Positions 26,264-32,803 of a DNA stretch of 32,803 bases are shown here, one piece after another. A program made the translations under genes and the position numbers. The DNA is taken from NCBI GenBank assembly GCA_963662665.2, contig CAXXJS010000059.1:1-32803 (forward strand). The letters run 5' to 3'. How positions within the stretch are numbered: the stretch's first letter is position 1; every line of letters starts with the position of its first letter. This stretch comes from Candidatus Latescibacterota bacterium (GTDB lineage: Bacteria; Latescibacterota; UBA2968; GCA-2709665). The notes below the pieces were generated by a model. The model searched no databases and was not told the origin of the DNA. It saw only the letters and a list, made by a program, of their open reading frames with translations.

Positions 26264-27758
26264 ATTGCTCCTCCAACATCTTTGCACGTCCGGCTTCCCG
26301 CCGCCATCGCAGCAAACCGTACCCGACGATCAGAACCGGCGGCAGCAATACATTCAACCACTTCCAACGCGCCTTCTCCGCGTCGTCGAGTTCCGTTAGC
26401 GGACGCGTTGTAATTTCCCGCGAGCGGAGCGCCACCAGGTCGCTATCGCCCATCAGGAAATCGACAACATTGGCAATGAATACGAAATTCTCCTGAAAAG
26501 TACCCCCGGATTCGTCGTCGAACAACCCGGAATCACCCACCAGAACCACCTGGCTCATGCCCTGCGCGCCATCCCGCCGCGCCAGCGCACCCACGACCTT
26601 CCCAGGCTGATTCAACGTGTTAAAGAACGGATTTTCCATCGGCCGTAAATTGAAGAATCCGGTCATCACACCGGACCGGTCGGAAGTATACATCAGCGGC
26701 ACTGTCTGCGCGGCGACCGCGGCCGAATCGGCAAGCGCAATCTCGCTGCTGAACAGCAGGCGCACCTGCTCGAGTCCATCCACAGTAAGGTGCCGGCCGA
26801 AGCGGTGAATCACGGGAAAGAACGGATACTGTATCTGTGAACTCATTTGGAGAAATCCGTGGCGCTGGCTTATCGTGATCGCGCTACACCGCTGGTCCAG
26901 CACCAGGTTTTCCTTCAACTGCAGGCCCGACCCTTCCAGGAAGTCAAACAGATTCGACTGTATCGCAGTGCCGCGCTGACCGTTAAGGTCGCCTGTGACA
27001 CGCCCCTGTCCGATAAACAGATTGCCACCCCGACTCGCGAATGCCTCCAGGTTCCTGAGTTCAGCCTCGCTTAATGAATCCGTCACCCCGCCGATCATCA
27101 ACAGTCCGATGTCGTCAGGCACCGGGGAAGCCAGCCTGATGGTTCGAACGAGGTAAGATTGCTGGAGTACGGCGGAGATATTCCGAACCCGGGGAGGCTG
27201 GGCGCCGATGGTAGCAAACGCGACCGCCTGCTTGTTGGTGTCGAGCAGTTTCTTGATCTGTGTGGTGATTTCGTATTCGAGGCCGGTTGTGCTCTCAATC
27301 ACCGGGATCACCTCGCGTCCGTCACCATACAGAAACACCATCCCCATGTAGACCCTTTTCACTTCCAGCTTGTCGTTTTCGACCACCTGGAGCTGTACCG
27401 GTTGAATGCCGTATTTCCGTGCTTCGTCCGCCAGCATCTGATCGTCTTCGGGCCGGAAAAACTCGAACCGCACGCGACCTCCGCCGTACGCCTCGTATTC
27501 TTCGAGTATATCCTGCAGGTAGCGCCGGTTGTTGCCGTACTGACCCGGCAGATTGTCCGTGAAGTAAACCTTCATGGTCAATAGATCTTCAACCTGGTCC
27601 ACCACCCGTTTGCTGGAACCGGAAAGCGAATAAATCCCGTTCGCCGTCAGATCCAGTCGAAAAAACAGGTCTCTGGACACGAAGTTCAGGGCCGCAACGA
27701 TGACGACAGCCAATAGCAGATAGATGGTAAACGAACGTCTATTGTGAACTGCAAACAT
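26256..27758 (-). CDS. GldG family ABC transporter auxiliary component
   Basis: RLDLTANGIYSLS, LEYEIT, VVLVGDS, FIANVVDFLMGDSDLVALRSR, with N- and C-terminal TM helices. Confidence 0.88.
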   Translation of the reverse strand: MFAVHNRRSFTIYLLLAVVIVAALNFVSRDLFFRLDLTANGIYSLSGSSKRVVDQVEDLLTMKVYFTDNLPGQYGNNRRYLQDILEEYEAYGGGRVRFEFFRPEDDQMLADEARKYGIQPVQLQVVENDKLEVKRVYMGMVFLYGDGREVIPVIESTTGLEYEITTQIKKLLDTNKQAVAFATIGAQPPRVRNISAVLQQSYLVRTIRLASPVPDDIGLLMIGGVTDSLSEAELRNLEAFASRGGNLFIGQGRVTGDLNGQRGTAIQSNLFDFLEGSGLQLKENLVLDQRCSAITISQRHGFLQMSSQIQYPFFPVIHRFGRHLTVDGLEQVRLLFSSEIALADSAAVAAQTVPLMYTSDRSGVMTGFFNLRPMENPFFNTLNQPGKVVGALARRDGAQGMSQVVLVGDSGLFDDESGGTFQENFVFIANVVDFLMGDSDLVALRSREITTRPLTELDDAEKARWKWLNVLLPPVLIVGYGLLRWRREAGRAKMLEEQYG

Positions 27759-27761
27759 CGA

Positions 27762-28475
27762 CTACCTCCACTTTCTCATTTCCAGAACCCGCAGGGTGAG
27801 CGCCAGAAACAACCAGATCATTCCCGCGAAATAGATAAGATTCCTGGAATCCACGACGCCCCGCGCAATATTTGACAGGTGATAGTCCACACTCACGTAT
27901 TGCGCAATAGTCGCCAAACCCGCCGGTATGAAAAGCAGCAGCTTGTCGAGCAGGAAAAACAACATGACAATAGCGATCGCAATAATTAACGAAACCACCT
28001 GGTTCTCCGTCAGGCTGCTTGCAAACGTGCCTACGGCCGCATAAAACGCGCCGACGAGGACAAGGCCCACGTATCCCGTAATCGCAGCGCCGATATCCAC
28101 GTGCGTCCCTACCGCAAGGAGGGTGAGAAAGTGCACCAGCGTAAACAGCAGCCCGACCACGATCAGGCTCACCGACGCCAGGTATTTCCCCGCGACGAAT
28201 TCAACATCCTGAATGGGCATGGTAGACAACACTTCCATGGTTCCCAGGTTCTTCTCTTTCGCAACCAGACCCATGGAAATGGCCGGGACGAAAAACAGGT
28301 AGACCAGCGGTACGATGTTAAAGAGGGCACGCATATCGGACTGTCCGATAAGGAAGAATGTACTTGTGAAAAAGTAACCGCTCAAAACCGCAAATATTAC
28401 CAGAAAAATATAGGCCATGGGGCTGTTGAAGTAGGAACGAAGTTCCTTCAGATAGATCGCCTTCGCATTACGCAT
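27762..28475 (-). CDS. GldF-like ABC-2 transporter permease
   Basis: KELRSYFNSPMAY, EKNLGTMEVLSTMP, SSLTENQVVS, RGVVDSRNLIYF. About 6 TM segments. Confidence 0.9.
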   Translation of the reverse strand: MRNAKAIYLKELRSYFNSPMAYIFLVIFAVLSGYFFTSTFFLIGQSDMRALFNIVPLVYLFFVPAISMGLVAKEKNLGTMEVLSTMPIQDVEFVAGKYLASVSLIVVGLLFTLVHFLTLLAVGTHVDIGAAITGYVGLVLVGAFYAAVGTFASSLTENQVVSLIIAIAIVMLFFLLDKLLLFIPAGLATIAQYVSVDYHLSNIARGVVDSRNLIYFAGMIWLFLALTLRVLEMRKWR

Positions 28476-29412
28476 TGGTCGCCCCCTCCCCGGTGAGATT
28501 CCTGAATACGTCCTCCAGCTGAACGCGTGCCTGGCTCATTTCGAGAATCACCCATCCATGGTCTCTGGCGTAGTGATAAATCTGCTCCCGGGGATCCGTG
28601 TTGCGGTCGTATTCCAGAAGGAGCGTTCGCGAACCGTTGTTCTCGGAGGTGCCGGACAGCGCGACACCCTGTAGTTGTTCGGGCAGCCCCTGTACGCTTT
28701 CGTCTTCGGCCTTTCTGACCTCCAGCGTCAACTGCGTCTGTCCCCTGAAGCTGGACATCAGTTCCTCCCGCAGGCCGTCTGCCACAATTTCTCCATGGTG
28801 AATGATAATGATGCGGTCCACCGTCGCTTCGATTTCCTGCAGGATGTGGCTTGACATGATCAGTGTCTTCTCACGCCCGAGAGAACGGATCAACTCGCGG
28901 ATTTCCACGATCTGGTTGGGATCCAGCCCCGTCACCGGTTCGTCCAGAATCAGAATATCCGGATCGTGGAGCATGGCCGTTGCCAGACCGATCCGCTGTT
29001 TATACCCCTTGGAACACTCCTGGACCGCCCTGTGAACCACGCCGGCAAGCCCGCACTGCTCGACAACCCGCTCGAGCGCCTGTCGGAATGCCCGGCCCTC
29101 CATGCGTCGAATCGTCGCGATGAACGAAAGCAGGTCGTATACGATCATTTCACCATAAAGCGGGTTCAATTCGGGCAGGTACCCGACCCGCTTGCGTATC
29201 TCCAGCGAATCTTCCGCAATATTCATGTCGTCCACAAACACATTGCCTGAGGTTGCCGACAGATACCCTGTCATTACCTTCAACGTGGTTGACTTCCCGG
29301 CCCCGTTCTCACCCAGAAATCCCAGAATCTCTCCATCGTTTACCTGGAAACTGATATCCCGAACGGCGCGGACGTCACCGTAATTCTTGAAAAGATTTTC
29401 CACCCGGATCAT
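28468..29412 (-). CDS. GldA-like ABC transporter ATP-binding protein
   Basis: GENGAGKST, SKGYKQR signature, ILDEPVTGLDPNQ, SSHIL. GAAGGAGG SD. Confidence 0.93.
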   Translation of the reverse strand: MIRVENLFKNYGDVRAVRDISFQVNDGEILGFLGENGAGKSTTLKVMTGYLSATSGNVFVDDMNIAEDSLEIRKRVGYLPELNPLYGEMIVYDLLSFIATIRRMEGRAFRQALERVVEQCGLAGVVHRAVQECSKGYKQRIGLATAMLHDPDILILDEPVTGLDPNQIVEIRELIRSLGREKTLIMSSHILQEIEATVDRIIIIHHGEIVADGLREELMSSFRGQTQLTLEVRKAEDESVQGLPEQLQGVALSGTSENNGSRTLLLEYDRNTDPREQIYHYARDHGWVILEMSQARVQLEDVFRNLTGEGATNA

Positions 29413-29474
29413 TCACGTTCCTCCTTCAACCCTTGGTGCCCGGAAAACACTGTGCGCATCTGAATTCGAACGGA

Positions 29475-29504
29475 AAATTAAAAAGAAAAGTCGACGCGTG
29501 TCAA
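29475..29504 (-). promoter_or_regulatory. Possible sigma70 promoter of the ABC operon
   Basis: TTGACA-18 nt-TAATTT on the minus strand. Confidence 0.45.
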
Positions 29505-29627
29505 GCCCCTGCTCACAAAAAAACGCACATGCACGCCTCCTCTTGACTCCACGCTGGAATGTACGGGTTGCCGTAACCCGCCGCACAGCCGGCACGGCGA
29601 CGATTTGGTGACAACGCCTGATTTTTC

Positions 29628-29656
29628 TTGACACACTATTGAAAAATCTGTACTAT
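29628..29656 (+). promoter_or_regulatory. Sigma70 promoter of the ilvN-leuA-leuC operon
   Basis: TTGACA-17 nt-TACTAT. Confidence 0.75.
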
Positions 29657-29707
29657 TCGTGTTTTAAGATCTGATTATGGTTCGGATCCTTCTGGGAGAG
29701 TGCGAGA

Positions 29708-29866
29708 ATGAATCCTTATGATTTACACTACACGCCGGCGTCCTTCGGTGGCGGTTCCTTTCCTGTCCCGCGCCCTTCCATTGCGGCTACCGCCGCACGA
29801 GCAGAAATGCTTATCCTCCCTGCATCCTCATGCCTCTTACTGTCCGCCATCCTTCCGGACAATTGA
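29708..29866 (+). promoter_or_regulatory. Candidate Leu/Ile-rich leader peptide (attenuator)
   Basis: ORF from ATG 29708 (GGGAG SD) or in-frame ATG 29807, ending [19 protein letters not shown] with the run CTC-TTA-CTG. It lies in the ~330-nt leader of the branched-chain amino acid operon. Confidence 0.5.
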
Positions 29867-29993
29867 ACGCACAATAGAGGCTCTCTTCCACGTCGAACCC
29901 CCTGAAAAATTATACAACGCCGATCCCGGAACGAGCCTCTCGGGAAATCGCGAGGTCCTTGCCCTGTCATATCCATGCCAAAAGGAACGAACA

Positions 29994-30503
29994 ATGCCAA
30001 TAAGACACACGATTTCCGCGCTGGTCGAAAACCATTTCGGCGTTCTGTGCCGCATCTCGGGCCTTTTTTCCAGCCGGGGGTTCAACATCGACAGCCTCTC
30101 GGTGGGTGAAACCGAAGATGCCACCATATCCCGTATGACCATTGTCGTTAAGGGCGACGACCGGGTGCTGGAACAGGTGGTCAAACAACTCAACCGGCTC
30201 GTGGACGTCATCCGCGTCATTGACATCACCCAGGGTGAATTCGTTGAGCGCGAACTGGCGCTCATTAACGTGAAAACACGAACCGATACAAGATCCGAAA
30301 TCATCCAGATTGCGGAGATATTCAGGGCAGGCGTCGTGGATGTCAGTACGGGCTCGATGACCATTGAAGTCACCGGAAAAGAGGACAAAATCGCAGCGAT
30401 GATCAACATGCTGCGGGACTACGGGATCAACGAGATCGCCAGGACCGGCACCGTCGCGCTTCTGCGCGACTCCCAGACGAAAGACGCCGATAACGGCAAT
30501 TAG
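29994..30503 (+). CDS. ilvN: Acetolactate synthase small (regulatory) subunit
   Basis: [51 protein letters not shown] 29994 with AAAGGA SD. Confidence 0.95.
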   Translation: MPIRHTISALVENHFGVLCRISGLFSSRGFNIDSLSVGETEDATISRMTIVVKGDDRVLEQVVKQLNRLVDVIRVIDITQGEFVERELALINVKTRTDTRSEIIQIAEIFRAGVVDVSTGSMTIEVTGKEDKIAAMINMLRDYGINEIARTGTVALLRDSQTKDADNGN

Positions 30504-30679
30504 CATTTCGCACCGCCAGCCGGACAACAATCGTCAGAGGGCACGGGGCGCCGGATTCCGCTCCCAGCCCTAATCGGACATTCTCGGGCGCCGTGTGGCG
30601 CCCTCGGCGAAACCGCCAGGCCGGAGGATTCCGGCGGCAGCAAGTTGCCCGCTCCGGTCGAAGGAGGCGATAGCACCCT

Positions 30680-32224
30680 ATGGATAATCAAGATCGTGTC
30701 GTCATCTTCGACACCACATTGCGCGACGCCGAACAGACCCCGGGTGCGAAACTCTCCGTTCGCGAGAAAATCGAAATCGCGCAGCAACTTGGCAAGCTGA
30801 ACGTAGACGTTATTGAAGCAGGTTTCCCGATTTCCTCCGCGGAGGACTTTGAAGCGGTACGGCGAATAGGACAGGAAGTCGAGGGTCCGGCCGTGTGCGG
30901 GCTCGCCAGGGCCGTTATGAAGGACATCGACCGTGCCGGCGAAGCGCTCAGGGGTGCGGCCAAACCCAGAATTCACACCTTCATCGGCACCTCACCGAAC
31001 CATATAGCCATGGTCGGAAAATCCACCGACGAAGTGCTTGGCATGGCGGTGGATGCCGTAAAGCGGGCCAGAGCGTACGTTCACGACGTTGAATTCTCGC
31101 CCATGGACGCTGCCCGTACCGAACCGGGTTACCTTTATGCGATTATAGAAGCCACAATTGAAGCCGGCGCCGCCACGGTGAACATTCCCGATACCGTAGG
31201 TTATGCGGTGCCCGAACAGTTCGGCGGCCTCATCCGCAACATCCGTGAAAATGTTCCCAATATAGACCGGGCCGTGATCAGCGTACATTGTCACGACGAC
31301 CTTGGCATGGCAGTCATCAACAGTCTCACTGCCATCCTGAACGGAGCGCGGCAGGCGGAATGTACCGTAAACGGCCTCGGGGAACGCGCCGGCAACGCTT
31401 CGCTCGAGGAAATCGTAATGGCAATCCGCACGCGGGGTGACTATTACCGGCTGTACACGAATATAAACTCAAAGGAAATCTGCCCGACCAGCCGGCTCGT
31501 GAGCCGCCTGATGGGTATACCCGTTGCCCCCAACAAGGCCATAGTGGGCGCCAACGCCTTCGCGCACAGTTCCGGCATACACCAGGACGGCGTCCTGAAA
31601 AACCGGACGAACTTTGAAATCATCGACCCGAAGGACGTGGGGCTCGAAGCCACGAGCATCGTACTCACGGCAAGATCGGGGCGGCACGCCCTTCGGCACC
31701 GCCTGGAAGAACTTGGATACCACCTTGAACAGAACGATCTGAACAAAGCGTACGAGCGTTTCCTGAAAGTGGCCGACAAGAAAAAAGAGGTGTACGACGA
31801 AGACCTGATGGCCATTGTAGAAGACGAAATCCGGGATATTCCCGAGAAATACCAGCTCCTGTACATGCACACCACCAGCGGCACCGGCACCATCCCCTCC
31901 GCAACCGTGCGGATCTGCATCGAGGGCGAGAGAGAAATCCAGGAGTCCGCCTGGGGCGACGGTCCGGTCGACGCCACCTACAAGGCCGTCGCGACGGCCA
32001 CGTCGACGGACGTCCAGGTCGATGAATACCACATCCGTTCCGTCACCCACGGAGCAGAAGCAATGGGCGAAGTGACTGTAAAGGTCAGCCGGAACGGAGA
32101 AAGCGCCACGGGAAGGGGCGCGTCGACGGATATTATCCAGGCCAGCGCGAAAGCTTACATCGATGCCCTGAACCATCTGGCCGTGCGCGCGGGCGTCCGG
32201 CGGCATCGGACGGAAGCGGTATAG
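30680..32224 (+). CDS. leuA: 2-isopropylmalate synthase
   Basis: [40 protein letters not shown]-terminal regulatory domain GDGPVDA. Confidence 0.97.
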   Translation: MDNQDRVVIFDTTLRDAEQTPGAKLSVREKIEIAQQLGKLNVDVIEAGFPISSAEDFEAVRRIGQEVEGPAVCGLARAVMKDIDRAGEALRGAAKPRIHTFIGTSPNHIAMVGKSTDEVLGMAVDAVKRARAYVHDVEFSPMDAARTEPGYLYAIIEATIEAGAATVNIPDTVGYAVPEQFGGLIRNIRENVPNIDRAVISVHCHDDLGMAVINSLTAILNGARQAECTVNGLGERAGNASLEEIVMAIRTRGDYYRLYTNINSKEICPTSRLVSRLMGIPVAPNKAIVGANAFAHSSGIHQDGVLKNRTNFEIIDPKDVGLEATSIVLTARSGRHALRHRLEELGYHLEQNDLNKAYERFLKVADKKKEVYDEDLMAIVEDEIRDIPEKYQLLYMHTTSGTGTIPSATVRICIEGEREIQESAWGDGPVDATYKAVATATSTDVQVDEYHIRSVTHGAEAMGEVTVKVSRNGESATGRGASTDIIQASAKAYIDALNHLAVRAGVRRHRTEAV

Positions 32225-32295
32225 GTGCGGGATTCCAAGCAACCCTGCGCCGAATGCCGTTTCCGAACCACGTATTCCGGAGGTTGACACCACCC

Positions 32296-32803
32296 ATGGG
32301 AAAGAGTCTGTTTTACAAGGTCTGGGACGCGCACGCCGTTCGCGAGCTTCCATCGGGACAGACCCAGCTCTTTATTGGACTGCACCTGATTCACGAAGTA
32401 ACCAGCCCGCAGGCGTTTCAGATGATGCGTGAACGCGGCCTGAAAGTCGCGTATCCCGAGCGAACCTATGCCACGGTGGACCACATCGTCCCCACCGATA
32501 TCCGTACCCGTCCGTTCATGGATACTATGGCGGAAGAGATGCTCGGAGCGATTGAGGAAAACACGCGGGAGTTTGAAATACCGCTCTTCAACCTGCACGA
32601 CGATCGTCAGGGAATCGTACATATCATCGGCCCGGAACTGGGCCTTACGCAGCCCGGCATGACCATCGCCTGCGGCGACAGCCACACGTCGACGCACGGG
32701 GCATTCGGCGCCATCGCCTTTGGCATCGGGACGTCTCAGGTACGCGACGTTCTCGCCTCGCAGTGCCTCGCAATGCGTCCGCTCAAGGTCCGCCGCATCG
32801 AAG
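32296..32803 (+). CDS. leuC: 3-isopropylmalate dehydratase large subunit (5' part, truncated by the window end)
   Basis: Manual translation: [13 protein letters not shown]...[12 protein letters not shown]...ATVDHIVPT...[52 protein letters not shown]. Confidence 0.96.
   Translation, partial: MGKSLFYKVWDAHAVRELPSGQTQLFIGLHLIHEVTSPQAFQMMRERGLKVAYPERTYATVDHIVPTDIRTRPFMDTMAEEMLGAIEENTREFEIPLFNLHDDRQGIVHIIGPELGLTQPGMTIACGDSHTSTHGAFGAIAFGIGTSQVRDVLASQCLAMRPLKVRRIE

Noticed and set aside
25583-29412. Evidence for gliding motility from the GldA/F/G-like genes
   Set aside because: This ABC module with DUF4340 is widespread in non-gliding bacteria, and no gldK-N/spr genes are present.
29690-29760. Possible T-box riboswitch (GGGAGAG..., GGTGGCGG)
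   Set aside because: The T-box consensus TGGnACC and a terminator with U-tract are absent.
31469-32353. Long antisense or alternate-frame ORFs (e.g. 31469-32353, 22326-23216, 9782-10564, 3088-3708, 23143-23886)
   Set aside because: They are shadows of well-supported genes in GC-rich DNA and have no recognisable motifs.
1-32803. CRISPR array, rRNA, tRNA, transposase or integrase
   Set aside because: No regularly spaced repeats, RNA gene signatures, or recombinase/transposase motifs were seen by eye.

Overview
Bacterial chromosomal window with two parts. (1) Positions 1-~13,000 hold a minus-strand defence island. In transcription order it runs: a remnant of a mod 3' end, an AAA_21/ABC ATPase, a DUF4276 (TOPRIM-like) protein, a second mod remnant, a Type III-like restriction helicase/nuclease (Res), a His-motif hypothetical coupled to a DUF1828-like protein, a Type III-like N6-adenine methyltransferase (Mod), a PHP-SMC/ABC ATPase fusion (Ppl/TrlF-like), and a frameshifted Schlafen/AlbA_2 gene running off the left edge. 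(2) Positions ~13,200-32,803 are core-like and accessory genes: a serpin, VOC and Gfo/Idh/MocA enzymes, an ankyrin lipoprotein, another lipoprotein, HU/IHF, an NT5C3-like 5'-nucleotidase, an ECF sigma factor fused to beta-sliding-clamp domains II+III, a transglutaminase-like protein, a DegT aminotransferase, a GldAFG-like ABC system with DUF4340, and ilvN-leuA-leuC with a Leu-rich leader. The most striking observations are the sigma/beta-clamp fusion, the mod-derived scars bracketing the ATPase-DUF4276 cassette, and the two-gene cassette inserted between res and mod. All family calls come from motif recognition by eye; no database searches were run.
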